Shown here: one piece after another, positions 49,401 through 63,200 of the stretch
Layout: each line of letters begins with the position of its first letter
How positions within the stretch are numbered: the first letter of the stretch is position 1
Assembly (NCBI RefSeq): GCF_033153115.1
Contig: NW_026889751.1
Coordinates: forward strand, 29,016,001 to 29,080,000
DNA from: Saccostrea echinata
Lineage: Eukaryota
Reading direction: 5' to 3'
DNA length: 64,000 bases
Translations under genes and position numbers: made by a program
The notes under the pieces: generated by a model
Databases searched by the model: none
Told to the model about the DNA's origin: nothing
What the model saw: only the letters and a program-made list of their open reading frames with translations

Positions 49401-52400
49401 ATCATAAAATTTGTGAATACCTACCCTGCCTTTCCTTTCTTCTTGTACATATAAACTCCTACTGCAATTATAGCTATTACAAAGGCAAGAATGATCACAA
49501 TCACAACAGGGACTATCCAACCATCAGAATCTGCGGAGGCTGAAATAATATATTATCATAGAATTACAAGTTTGTTTACTGATCAACAAATACTTCTTAT
49601 AGTTTTACAATATTCAGCTTTATCAGACTGTTCTATTTTCATACTTTTTACATGATTTCAGGAACAATTACAACATTTTAATGATAAGTTTTTAATATAC
49701 TCTGGATTTTTTTAAAATACAAATTCTATCATTCAACAAAATAACTGGTATGTAATTCAGAACACAGTAAGCAAAAGACAGCAAACACTGGTTTACAGCA
49801 AACCTCATCATTACAGTCCCAGTGCCACATTGCTCACCTGATCAAATCATCTGATCAAATAAGTATACATTCAGGAAGAAGGAATCACAAAGGGAAACTC
49901 CCAAACAAAAAGTATAGAATCCTTCTGACAAGTTTTGTTTACAATAAATAATGATGCTTGTGTATTTATACCGTCTTCAAAGAGCTAGGTTCACTTTGTG
50001 CATAAAATGGCTCTGCGTGTCCTTATATCAATTAACTGACTATCACCCTCTGTCCCATTTCATATATCAAAATAAAGTAGAGACTTAGTGCTTTCATTTC
50101 CTATAACAAAATTTCTTTTTGAGAATCCAGGTATTGGAAAACAGGCTTTGAGAAAATGCAATGTTCTTGAATTTTGCAGAAAACATGCGTATTTGACTAC
50201 CTTCAGCAAAGAATTAAAATATGAGCACAGCCCACGATCCAAAAATTAAAACATGTTTTGTGATCTTCAGAAACAGATCTTTCATTATGTAATTGCATAT
50301 TTTGGATCAGAGGTTGTGCTCTATATGAAATATATATAAAAATACCTCAATTTTTGGCCATTTTTAAGGGAATTTACAGGATACGGGAAAAATGATGCAT
50401 TTTATGACTTCATAATGCATTGACCATAGAGAAAATTACATCATGTTTAATAGATACACGGTCACCAAGGGTCCAAGTTAAAAATACTGCATTTTCAACC
50501 AAAACTGAGCAGTTTCAAAACTGAGCAGAAATTCTCAGGGCCAAATCAGGCCCCAAGTGGCTCTTGCTCTTTTTTACAAGCATTCTTTTTTAAACTTTTA
50601 AACCCCCATAAGGGCCATGTTGCTGCTCTATTGGTAGCGTTTTTTTTTTTTTTATAATTATTTATACTGATGATAACAATGCTTTTATATAAATTTAAGA
50701 AAGTATAGCCTTCTTGCATGCTCAAAAGAGTAAAATGTATAGATTAGTCAGATATGCGTAATATTCTTGTGGAAACTTTTAAACCTTACCACATCCCAAT
50801 TCTTGCTCAAAAACAAGAAAAAAAAATCTTCATAGAGACCATTCTTTTTCATATTGATTTTAATTCATTAAAACAAAAGTGAACCTCTTTAAAATAAAAT
50901 ATGGAAACAAAAAAGATGAAGGACAAAATAATTTTCATCAGAGACAATCGTTTTAATTTTAATAGTCTAGATTGAACCAAGAAATAAAGTGAAAAAATTT
51001 AACCACAGCTGTAATGTAATTTTAGCAAATCATGATTCATAGCTAAAGCAAACTTTGATTACAAACACAATGCCACAAACAGCAACCAATGGTTATAACA
51101 AAGTAAGCTGTATAAAACCATCAGGATACAAAAACACAGAGATAAACATGACTATTAAAGGTTTTTAAACAAACAAAAACTTTTGAAGAACTAGCATGTT
51201 TTTGGTTTAAAGACAGCTAAACAGACAGATGGTCACGGTACTGAAAATGATGACAGTAAACATATGCTATGATAACACAATGGTGCTGGTCCTATCAAAT
51301 TTGTAGAAGCTTACCTAGCTACTAAGTGATAGCAAGATATGTAGACCTTTTGAATGGAGAGCTACATGTAGGTATCAGACTTCAGATACAAATATCTCAG
51401 TAATAATTAATTTTAAGAACAAAATTAGGGAAATTCTAGTGAAATTGTTATCTGATCTTAGAAACCAGCACCAGTTTATAAGTATATTGCAAACTTGGAT
51501 ATATAGTACCTAATATCAAATATTCATACTAGCTTTCCCTTAAGTAAGTGGTTTAAGCTAGCATATCATTCAAAATAGTAGATGAACAATTTTGTTTTTA
51601 TTTTACAGTTGATGTAAATATAATAACCATCTTTGATTTGTCACAGCTTTAATTGCCACCCATATTAATCTGAATTCTAACACTGAATGTAAGTATGCAA
51701 ACATGAGTTTTCTTTCTTTCTTTATCGCAAACAAATGCCATCTTTATTTACCTTTTCCATCTCAATACCTAATAGATTCATGCGTCTTTACTAAAGGACA
51801 CATCTTTTCCTGCAAGTTTCATTGAATTCCACTCACTGAACTCTTTGAGACATTTTAAATTAAGACCAACAGAATTGAACAGCTAGATTATCATTATTTC
51901 CACTGTTTAAAATTTTTCCTTTTTTGTACTTCTCAGTATGACCTACTGCAATTGATAATTCAAGCTACGTACATTACATATAATGTTATACTGTAATGTA
52001 CAATACACTGAATATTTAACAATCATGGGTCCCAAGAGGCATAAAAAACTGTAAACCAACTATTATTTGTGACAACACTTATTCATGATTTGTCATTTTG
52101 AAATCTATAGTGAAATAAATAGTTTGTGGTGAGAAATATTTCTGATTAAAATAAAAGTCGCAAAACTTTTAAAATTTCTAACACACAAATAAAAGTTGGA
52201 TTACAGAAGTTATATAAAACTTTATTCATAAGTGTCCTGTTTAAAACTGTACATAAAAAGCAGCATAAAACATCCTATTAACAATATATTATGTATCTTA
52301 TATGTATCTTACAAAAATGTCTATCTAGATCTATTAGAATCTATGAAAAGGGGAATATACAACTCAATTTTCTTTTTAACTTGTATAAAAACAGAAAATT

Positions 52401-53830
52401 GAGTTATTTCCCTTTTGAATATGATGGCCTTACATTACATGTAATAAATGTAGAAACTGAATTTTTATGCATATAAATATAATTTTTCCCCTTCTCCAAT
52501 AATACAATCATGCATGTTGATGTTAATAACTTTCAGCAAACATAAATTCAAGGCCCCTTTCACAACTTCCCTATGACTTATATTCACTGATAAAATTGTC
52601 TAGTTAGGCCAATTCTTTAAAATAATGTTTGTTTGCCCTCTTCTGCCTCAGGATGAAAAAAATTGGATCAGTTACGGTAGATGGGAAATTTTTTTCCCCT
52701 AGAAAATGTCAACATCAATGCTGAATTTTCAAAATTTAATCAACTAAAATTAAAGGTGTTAAAAAAAATTAAAAATACATTTCAGGATGAATAAAAATAT
52801 AACTGTTTCTCAGAAATTAAAATATTTTTAAGTTGGACCATTTTTAGCCAGTCGGTTGGGAGAATGCAAACAAACATTTTTTTTAAAGGTGGCCTTAGCT
52901 TTTTTTTTTTTTAATTTCAGAGTGAGAAAAAATGCCACCTTTCCATAATAAAAACCATGGGGAATTAAAATGACTAGATGCATGGGTGTTAAGTAATGTT
53001 TGGACAAATTGATGGACAGTCTCTACATTAATACTTGTACCATGCCATTTCAAAGATTGGAATTTCATTCAGCAAGATTTTTCTTACAACATAGCATCTG
53101 TCGATACAAACATTACAGTAAAATAATTAACTTCACCCACCAAAAATGCCTCATGCATGATAGTCACGGTGCTCTTTTTTATGGGGATGAGTAATCTCAA
53201 GCCAGTGACAGATTTAGTAGAGTGAATCCCTCCCCCTCCCTTCAAAAATAATGAACATTAAGAATAACAAAGTATTGACATTAAGAATTACAAAGTATTG
53301 ACAAAGCTATTGCTATTAAATGCAAATGAAACTACAAGTATTTAAGTTTCCATTGTCATTTAACTTCTTTAAAAGGTCCCCCCCCCCCCCCCCAACACAC
53401 ACACACTCCCCGACAAGAAATCCGAATATTTCCTGAAAGCTTCTTTTACCCTTCTCCAATTTGCCCACAAATCATCCCAATACACACACTTTTAAACATG
53501 TTAAACTTTATTCATTAATATAGAGAAATATGGCAAACTCCTATCGAGAGTCCTGATCTTGGTCTAAATTAAGGCAAATGGACCAAAGAAATTAAAAAAA
53601 AAATCCCCAAATAAAAAGATTGATCCCCCCTATACAGTGTTACATTCCGGCCAATAACAGTGTATCCATAATACAAGTATATATAACATGCAGTTTCTTA
53701 CAGCTGCTTAATATGGAGGTGGGCGGGACTAGGGTGTCATTTTGTAAGGATGTAATATTTGTAAAATCTGTCGTCACATCCTTCAAAGTCGTGACCCTGG
53801 GAACAACTGTCGTCTGGGCAGTGGTGCTAG
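46460..53830 (-). CDS. Single-pass type I membrane protein, isoform A (Ser/Thr-rich stalk, TM helix, long disordered Tyr-motif tail); 5'-partial
   Basis: Exons 53830-53702 (STTAQTTVVPRVTT..., phase 1/1), 49539-49425 (GWIVPVVIVIILAFVIAIIAVGVYMYKKKGKAG), 47912-47838 (FRKSVMYQNLSQCFFWNDLQRHRN), 47138-46460 (terminal, ORF 46460-47155). All junctions GT-AG and in phase. Signal-peptide and ectodomain exons not identified. Confidence 0.8.
52607..52894. mobile_element. Tourist/PIF-Harbinger-like MITE with TTA TSD
   Basis: TTA|GGCCAATTCTTTAAAATAATGTTTGTTTGC ... GCAAACAAACATTTTTTTTAAAGGTGGCC|TTA. Confidence 0.7.
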
Positions 53831-55766
53831 CTGCAAGCAAGAAATTGTTTAAAGCAAAAAATTTTAGATAAAGAGAAATAAATAATTTTCTACGTACTCT
53901 AAAAATATTTGGTTAAAAAAATCCTCAAAGGACAAATAAAATAGTCAGAGTACACAGTAAAAAAAAATTAAAATAAAGACAGGTGCCCAGTGCCCATGAG
54001 TTTTGAATACTGTTGATATAGGTATCTGATATATTTACAGGTTTATGCCTTTGGGACTAAAATAGAAGAACACAAGGGGAGTAACTCTTGTTGCACTAGT
54101 TTATGATACTTACATGTCTTGGAATATACTGGAACATATGTTTTGTTTCCACATAATTCTGGAATTAAAAATAAAAAAAAAAGATTATAAAGATAAATCT
54201 TAATATTAATATCTTCAATATTTACATTCAGGGATGTAGGGAGGGGAAAGGGGGGATGGCAGTCAGAAAGTTAATTACAGCTGGACAACAACTGGAAAGA
54301 TCATCTCCATGTTGACCAACTTGCTATGAGTTTGATCAAGATATTCCATGTATGTTTATTATCATGTAATGAATGACTTTAAAAAATTGAAAATAGCATT
54401 CATCAAATAGCCACTTCTTTATTCAATGTTTTTTTTTTTTTGATGCAAAATATGTACCATCAAGTAAACCATTGTCTGACAAGTGATAATTTGTAGAAGA
54501 ATTTAAGTAATATTTGTTTGAACAAGTATATCACACTGACAAGTTAAAAAGTGAATTTAAATGTAGAACATAATTAAAATGAAATAACTTCCAAGGCATC
54601 ATGAAAATTTTTATTCATACATTTAAACACAGGCATATACAGAAATAATGGGTGTCTGATTTTTTTTTTTATGTGAATAGACATTTAGATTCAGGTGCTT
54701 TGGTTGAGAATTTATGTTTGTATGTACCTGTACAATGGCAATAAAAAAATGAATTAACTTTAATAAACAGGGAGAATTAGTGAGAACTTTATATGAGTTC
54801 AGAGAACTCTGATGTAATATGTAATGGCTGTTACTGACAAGCAGCCAATAACTACTCAGTTTGCTTTTGAATTCTGTGTCTCTCTGCCAAGATACACAGT
54901 GTGATTATGTAAACAATTCTGACTAGATAATTATTTTTTCTTCAAGTGTCTGATCAGTCATTCACCATTCACATACAAAAAAATGGCTCAAGTATCTAAT
55001 CAAGGGGGATACTGAACTTATAAGCATTACCATCAGCATCATAAAGCACTGCAGCAAAAATAACAACTTATCTTGAAAGTAGTGAAACATGCACAAAGAA
55101 TTCAAACAAAGAACATAGTTTCCTGTATGCAAATTGCTTTGTCTCTTAATCAAGACTGTAATTAGAATTCAAATATTGGTATTACCAGTATATTATATGA
55201 AGTGGAAAGGATAAAGAAAAAAAGGAGCCATGAAATAAAAAATAACATCCAAGTATTACTGAGATATAGAAAGAAACAAAAAAAACTGACCTTTAAAACA
55301 GTCATAAATTTTACCATAAAACACCCTTAAGCTTACCACAATTTGGTTGCATTATCTTCCCTATGTCAAATCTCAGATAAATCTATAGTTGTACATGTAC
55401 CCTAAGGGACTGCATTACAACAAACCCAGTACAAATATATACACAATCTCTCTGTCAGCTACAGCAGACAATGATGAATGTCAATTGTCATTTTATAAAT
55501 CAGCATGCCTGCGCTACCTTGCACAGGTGAGGAAATTCTCCTAAATGACAAAGTTTGACATTCAAACATGCAGGAGAGAAAACGTTTTCTTGTTTAAAAT
55601 GGAAATGTGTATCTGTTTGTTTTGGTTTGGCCTAAAACAGATTTTTTATGACTTTTCTGACATGACCTGTGTTTACCTGTATTCCTGACCTGTATCAAAC
55701 ACAAATGCTGAATCTTTTCATGTAGTATAATAATATACAGCTATAGCAATGGCTTTATTATTGCAA

Positions 55767-55927
55767 NNNNNNNNNNNNNNNNNNNNNNNNNNNNNNNNNN
55801 NNNNNNNNNNNNNNNNNNNNNNNNNNNNNNNNNNNNNNNNNNNNNNNNNNNNNNNNNNNNNNNNNNNNNNNNNNNNNNNNNNNNNNNNNNNNNNNNNNNN
55901 NNNNNNNNNNNNNNNNNNNNNNNNNNN
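55767..55927. other. Assembly gap
   Basis: Run of N. Confidence 1.
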
Positions 55928-56220
55928 GTGATTTATTTATTGAATAAAAGTGATATTCTCTCACAGTGTGAAAGGATATCAAAGTAAGTAAAAAAAAATT
56001 TCTGCCTGTAATAAGATAGAGATAGTAACATCTTGATAGAGCTAAAACTGCAAATTTCTTCCCAAATATGTTGCTAAAATCCATGCTATGTAACGTTTTC
56101 AATCACACAACTGCTAAGCTATGACGTCTCAACCACTCAACTATGACGTCAAGCCTATGACACTATGTTAAGAAAAGACAGAGGCAAAGGGAAAATCAAA
56201 GAAAATGTAATAAACAGAAA

Positions 56221-56372
56221 ATTCAATGTTTTGTAGATGAATATGGAATTTATTTCACTCGTGAGACAGGATTTTTTGATATTTTCACTCGTGCTTCGCA
56301 CTCGTGAAAATATAAAAAAAATCCTGTCCCACTCGTGAAATAAATTCCATATTCATCTACAAAACATTGAAT
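56221..56372. repeat. Long near-perfect palindrome (about 70-bp arms), likely a non-autonomous element
   Basis: ATTCAATGTTTTGTAGATGAATATGGAATTTATTTCAC ... GTGAAATAAATTCCATATTCATCTACAAAACATTGAAT with centre GTGC-TTC-GCAC. Confidence 0.9.
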
Positions 56373-56376
56373 ATCC

Positions 56377-56383
<7 letters not shown>

Positions 56384-56450
<67 letters not shown>
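56384..56450. repeat. (TA)n microsatellite
   Basis: Direct observation. Confidence 0.98.
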
Positions 56451-56451
<1 letters not shown>

Positions 56452-57639
56452 TTTTGCAATTAACACTATTTGATCAAAGTATATACATCACTTCACTGTA
56501 TAGATCACAAATTCACTGTAATGTCATAAATGGAGGATATAATTTCTCAATGACATCATAAAGGATAGATGCATGAGGCATCCATGCCCCCCCCCCCCCC
56601 CCTTTCAACATGGGCATGCATCAGCTACTTATGACAGTGTCCACGAGTAGTTATACAATCTATATCTATGATGTATAACATTGTTATCCACTAATGGTAT
56701 TAAACTGGATTTAATTAAGTTTAAATGAAATAAGGTAACTATCATTTGAATAATCAGGATATAAATTCGGGTTGGTCACATGAAGCCCAAAGGGGGCTCT
56801 ATGATAGATTTGATTAACAACCCCGGCAACCTGTTTTATCCTTATGAATATTAAAAAAATGACATCACTTAAATTTACATTTGTAACTAATTTGTAATAA
56901 ATATTTCCTTATTATCTGTCTTTCAATATCGCTGCCAGTACTTTTACCATGTTACCTGGCTGAAATCAGGGGCGCGTTTCACAAAACTATCTTAAGATTT
57001 GTCATAAGACAGATCTTAAGACAATCTTAAGATCTGACTTACGACAATCATAAGATCTGTCACAGCTGTTTCACAAAACTATCTTAAGTAGTAGAAATCT
57101 TAAGACAAGTCTTAAGATATATCTCATGCTACAATTTTATAGGAAATTGTATAAAAAATTAAAATAAAAATATTCTTGCTAGAAGTTAAGTTTTCTTCCA
57201 ATCAAATCACTGGTATGTTATTTTTTTTTTTTTTCTTAATTTTGTTTTTAAAAAAGTGTATCTTAAATATTGTAAAGGAGTTAAACGCTCGAAAATAAAA
57301 TTTCAATGTACCAAATACATGTACAATGTTCAAATTTTTGGTGGGGCGGGGGATGTAGGAGCAGAGTCAATAATGCTAATTGTGCCATGATTATGTATGA
57401 ATTAATTGGAATGAGAAAATTGTGTGACAAAAAGTATTTTAAAAATGGGTGTGTTTGTTGATAAAATAAAAGTTAATTATGTTTCATTTGAATTGTTAAA
57501 TATTTAATATGAATTTACTTTAAATTTGATCCACCACCCCATTTGCGCTTGTACGAAATGAATGGTATTCAAATGCATTCATCTGTGGCCACAAAACGGG
57601 TACTAAGTCCGTGCGCTCAGAAAAAATTCTAGTAAGAAA

Positions 57640-58837
57640 ATGTCTCTGAAAAGATGCCCAACTTTTAGCTCTGCTGAGATACCTGTGTTAACAGACGAAG
57701 TGGAGAGAGGAAAAGACATTCTATTTTCCAGGCGAAATTCAACAGTTTCCAATTCTTTGAAGAGGGAAACTTGGAACAAAATAGCCACCAAGGTAAATGC
57801 TGTAAATACTACAGATCACATCAGGTCCGGAGAAGAAATGAAAAAGAATTGGACCTGCTTAAGCAGCGAAAGCAGATAGAAGTTGGCACTAAACAGGAGG
57901 GAGCAAAAAAAGACAGGGGGAGGATCCTTGCCATCAGCAGCTGATCAGGGGCCGCCTTAAGACCAATAGATGAGAAAATAGAAGGTATCATCGGGGAAAC
58001 GTCAATTTCGGGAATTGAGGGGGGCATTGACGTTTTAGAGACAGAGTCGGCCAGGGAAACGTCACCAAGCAAGAGCACAGATGCTGTAAATGGTAGGTGT
58101 AAGGGTGATTCTCATTAGACTTAATTCCCGGTGAAAGGGGGGTGTTCCTAAAACTACTTAGTCTATTTCACCAATCCTGTAAATAGTGAATAATAAATAG
58201 CACTGAAGTGAGATGTCTTACAAAGGTACGAGAGGATACATAGTGTTTGATTTTTTTTCTACAGAGGTGGGTATGCTCCACACTATAAAGAAAGTCGTAT
58301 GCAACTTTTAGTGATAATTTTTTGTCTGATATTTCGTAGTTTTATTAATTCTTCATACAATTATTTAGCATGAAGAGAAAACAAATATCTCGTTTATTCA
58401 CCATTTTATAATACTCCATGTAAATTTTGAAATTGAGATAAAATAACAAAATTACTGTTTTAATATATTTTACGAAAAAAAAAGTTTCGCGATTTTGTTT
58501 ACATGAATTTCGTATTTCTGGTTGTATAATATGAATTTTGTTTACAGAAAAAAAGATTTCCCGATGTAGAGCCAGCAAAGAAACGCTCAAAGAATTTACG
58601 TTATACTTGTAATGATGACATAACATTGAGACTAGTTGCAACAGAGGAAGAGAGGCTGGTTGTTGGGGAAAAAGGTTAGAAATGGAGAAAAAACGACTGA
58701 AAGTTGAAGAACGGCGACTTGAAATTGCAGAGCAGCAACTACAAATACAACGTGAACAACATACTTTTCACCTCTGTCAGCTTGGGATAGTTCGTGACGC
58801 TACAGTAACAGTCAATACCCCCTCTGAAAATGAATAA
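57640..58837 (+). pseudogene. Harbinger Myb/SANT-like DNA-binding protein, frameshifted
   Basis: KRCPTFSSAEIPVL.DEV..GKDILF..KRETWNKIATKVNAV..RSGEEMKKNW, then frameshift to KLALNRREQKKTGGG; intron about 58092-58547; coiled-coil end RLEMEKKRLKVEERRLEIAEQQLQIQ. Confidence 0.85.
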
Positions 58838-59373
58838 AACCTGTAGAAATGTGTTCAATTTACTACATGTTATTTATTTTTGTGCTCATTACAATCACAA
58901 CAATCTTGATACAGAGCAAATTCACAATCGCTATGGGTGATGTTCAAAAGTTGTTTCATTGAAATTTGGTGATAAAAATTATTTGATCGAGGGTATAATT
59001 AATAACAATTATTGTATGTAAGCAGCTGCTGCATAATAGAATTTTAATGTTGAAAGTTGTGGGTCAAGGGACCAACCTTGTAGATGGATTTTACTTTTGT
59101 TCTCGATAACTTGAACACTTTATTATTTTACTATGAGCATTGGAAAATTGGACATCAAACGCTTTTATAAAAGTTACCAATATTTTATATAAAAAAAAAT
59201 CACCTTCTATCACTCCTCCCCCTTTCACAAACAGTTGGATAATATACAAATAAACAAAATATTTCTAATAAATATTAACGTATATTTGGTTCCGAATCCA
59301 TGCTTACTAAATACACAAAATGAAAACGGCACCATATTTCATGAATGCACAATTTTTTTTTTGTGGTGCCACC

Positions 59374-60221
59374 TTAAAATCTAGAGAGAATCAATCTTTG
59401 GTGGATCTTGGCCCCGTCATTATTGGGTCCTTGATAGACGTAGTTGTCTGGTGGATTAAGCCGATGTGCCCCAGGATTTTGTGCTTGTGGCACCGGAACA
59501 TTGTGATCAGTGCACAAGTTGTGCAGAACAACACAGGCAGTCACAATTCTACATGCTCTTGTTGGATGAAACAGAAGCGTTCCACCAGAATGATCAATGC
59601 AGCGAAAGCGCATTTTAAGCACCCCGAAGCTTCTTTCAATAGGGTTTCTCGTCTTAGCATGCGCATCGTTGTAAGCTAATTCACGGGGATTGCTTGGGTT
59701 AAGGACTGGTGTCATCAGATAATTTTTCAGAGGGTATGCACTGTCCCCAAGCAACCAACCTCTTCTAATATATCCATTTTCAAAAAGATCACTAAGTGTT
59801 GAATTTGTCCACACAAAGGCATCGTGTGATGAACCAGGCCATGGCAAAAATGTTAGTAAATTTTGTCCTGGAATCACAAAGTGCCATTACATTAATAAAA
59901 TGAAAATTTTTTCTGTTAACAAACAGATGCTCGTCATTTTTCGGGGCTTTAATTGGAATATGAGTTCCAACTATCGCTCCAATGACGTTAGGAAAATTTG
60001 TAATGCGAGAAAAGCCAAGTATTGTGTTATTTATACTTCTATCGTCTTGTGGATATTTTATATAATATCACGCGCTAGATTAAAATTAAATGGCGTGGAA
60101 GGCGGAACTTATCAATGATATCTGCATCAGTCATATAGTCCAATGGGTTGTTCCTATCTCTAAATACTCGTTCTCTTCTTAAGTTCCTTCTGTTTTGAGC
60201 CAAAATATAGGCGGCCGCCAT
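59374..60221 (-). pseudogene. Harbinger (HARBI1-like) DDE transposase, internally deleted and frameshifted
   Basis: RRERVFRDRNNPLD..KFRLPR; FPNVIGAIVGTHIPIKAP..FVNRKNFH (catalytic D changed to V); WPGSSHDAFVW, WLLGDSAYPLKNYLMTP, YNDAHAKTRNPIERSFGVLKMRFRC, ACVVLHN. Confidence 0.92.
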
Positions 60222-63200
60222 GCTCACTTTAGTCTTAAGACATGTATCTGGTTGTCTTAAGATTAAGATAGATCTTAAGATTATCATAAGATATGACAGT
60301 TTTGTGAAACAGCTACGGTACAATCTTACGATAATTTTCGGTCTTAAGACAGATTTTAGTCATAAGATAGTTTTGTGAAACGGGCCCCAGAATTGTACCG
60401 GCCAAACTATTCGTTGGAGAAAAATTTGATAAAATACTGTAAAATCACATATTTTCTTGGGGTCACATTCTCGAGGTTTGAGAAAAAAAAAATATTGATA
60501 TGTGGGGATTTGATTTCATGGTTGGAGAAGTGTTAAATAGTTATTTATATGAAATTTTACATTTCTTGGTGGTCATGAATTTGTGTGTCTCTGCATACCT
60601 CGAAAACAATGAAAAATAAACCCCCAACAAAAATAAATGATTTCACAATATTTTATTAAAATTGCTTCCACAAAGTACCTCCTACTTTTGTAAAAGTATC
60701 ACTTGTTTCTTATCTTTTTGAAACCCTTGTATTATAGTTTAAAATCCATGAAATAATCTATTTTTTCAAATCTCAACCATATAAATTGAATGAATGGAAC
60801 ATGATCCTTCTTAAAATAGAAAGGAGAGTCATGTATCTCAAGAAATTGACTTAGTTTAAGGAAGTTTCTGCATTATGACATCTGTTAGAGTTGATGTGGA
60901 CCCCCCCCCCCCCCCAAATACTGGATCTGCACCAGTGATGTGAAATTGACAGTCACAAAGGCTGATATGGGACTCGAGGGCTGTTATGACATATGATATG
61001 GATTTCAGCATCTAGTATTCTATTTATCATATATTTAAAATACTTAATATGCGAGTTCACATAAAGTAATTTAGGAAAATTTAAGACAATTTCGTGCGTG
61101 TTTACTATGACCTTTTTCTTTTAAATCTAAAAAGACAATTTTAGGTCTTTGAAAACAAATTAAGTCCAAAAATTTTTGTAAAGAATTATATTAAATGTAA
61201 ATGTATACTTAAATAAAATCAAGTTAACTTTTAAACTTTGTACAAACATTACTTCCGGTTTGATATGGATTTTTGCACGCCAGTCCGATATGTGATATGG
61301 ATTTTCGGACCGGTCCTTGGGGTATTGTGACGTCACCCATATCGCACAGTGCGGAATCGGCGTATTTACTACTAAGTATATGATAAGATTTTTTTATCCA
61401 ACAAGTTAAGTGTTTTTATAAGGCTCGGGGACTTACACACAACGAGTTGCATAAAAAATCATATCCAACCATAAACCATGGGAGATTCTTTTTATCTCAG
61501 GTTTTACATATAACTATTTCATGATTTACACTGTTTTATATGTATGTAAATCCACAATATTCAATTGACTTAATCAAATTCACGCCAAAACCATTGTGAT
61601 GTCACAACCGTGGATATGAAAATGATATCCTAGTATGAGCTATATCCACTGTATAAAGGTGTTAACGTCATAAATTTTATTTACGCAAAATTTAAAAATG
61701 CATTTATAAGTAATCGTTATATATTCAGTGGATATCATAGTAACACTTATGATTGCTTTGCATTGAACACTGATACATGTATCCAATTCACTCATTCCCC
61801 TGTTATTTAAGGAAGAATTTCTTAATTATCTTCTAACATACCATGTGTTAAAATTGTATTCACTTATCATCTTTATATTTTTATTTTTGTGTGTGTGTAA
61901 CTTTAAAAGCATTAAAATTTCCTATAAATAAAAAGTTTTCTTCAGATTTTGAATATTTTAATCCCTGTGAAAAATCTATACTTATAAATTAATAAATTTT
62001 GCAAATAAACTCCGAAACGGGTGCACCAGAGTTCTTACTTACTCCTCTAACAATACACTAGATACAAGATGATGTCCGTAAACTATATTTAGATTTCACT
62101 TGCGTAGTAAGTATCGTACATTAAATTAAAAGTCTACTTTTATTTTCTATAAACAGCCATAAAATAGCAAAAACATGAGTACGGTGGCGTTTCCGGTTGG
62201 CGGATCTAAGTTACTGGCAATTTTTAATGAAACTGTCAACAAGCAATTGTTTATTTATTTCATAAAACGTCATCACTGAATTATTCAATCAGAACTTGAT
62301 TTAAATCATATAAAAGAAATAAGTTGTGATAACCGATTAAAAAGGGAAATGTGCAAATTATTTTCGTCGTTCAACGATCTTAATGTTGACGGAAGCTTCT
62401 AGAACATCATATAGCATTGAGCCCGATGTAAAAAAACAAACAAACGAGGCGCTTAAAGCTGCATAACATAAAAAAAGGTTTTGTGTGATTGGTCATTGAA
62501 ATAATGGTAAATCATTGATTACACTATAAGTTGTGAATATATTTATATATCGAAAGACTATTACAAATATATACATGTATATGTATGTAGTAGGTTTTCC
62601 GAATAAATTTATCGGTAAAATTTTTATATATTCCTTACTGAGAGCATTGTGGCAACGAACCCGAAGTACAATTTGTACTTCGTATAATAAACTCGCTTAC
62701 ATGTAAAGAGAAAATTAATGAATAAGGTATTGTTCAAAAACAATTAAAGATGTAAAATTTTGTGCTTTAATCAATACATTTCATTTTTTTTTTCTGAAAA
62801 CAGTCTTTTGTATCAAATACTCGGCCTGTTCATACTTCATAGGGTGTTAAAAGCTAATTTTACACAGGTACTTAGTTTAAGAAGTATTTTATTCACGATA
62901 TACATAGAAGTATATACAATGAATATTGATTGAACAGCAGGCAAAAATAGCCTATATTAGTTCTCTCCATTAAAGATCAAGGTACAAATCATGAAATGTT
63001 ACAATAATATATCACAACTTTTACAAAGACATGTATTTTAAACTAATTTTTAAGGAGGATACAACGTACAAAATTGATACACAGGTGCTTGAGTCTTGAT
63101 TTATAAATATGTTTGTACCTTATTGACATGCAAAAAAAGTAAAGTACATTATTTACATATCAGTAAGGTACAAACATATTTATAAACCAAGACCCAAGTA

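Larger units (their letters stand above)
56970..60387. mobile_element. PIF/Harbinger DNA transposon, decayed
   Basis: TIRs GGGCGCGTTTCACAAAACTATCTTAAGA / GGGCCCGTTTCACAAAACTATCTTATGA; 3-bp TSD CAG (56967-56969, 60388-60390); subterminal TCTTAAGA repeats; convergent Myb/SANT and transposase genes. Confidence 0.95.

Noticed and set aside
55031-55048. Possible 18-nt phase-1 micro-exon (LYDAD) of the membrane-protein gene, within hydrophobic ORF 54962-55153
   Set aside because: Splice signals are plausible but this short a match arises by chance; no independent support.
62040-62200. Possible first non-coding exon/promoter of the minus-strand gene (CCGGAA motif, GTAAGT donor)
   Set aside because: No signal-peptide ORF; short motifs alone are insufficient.
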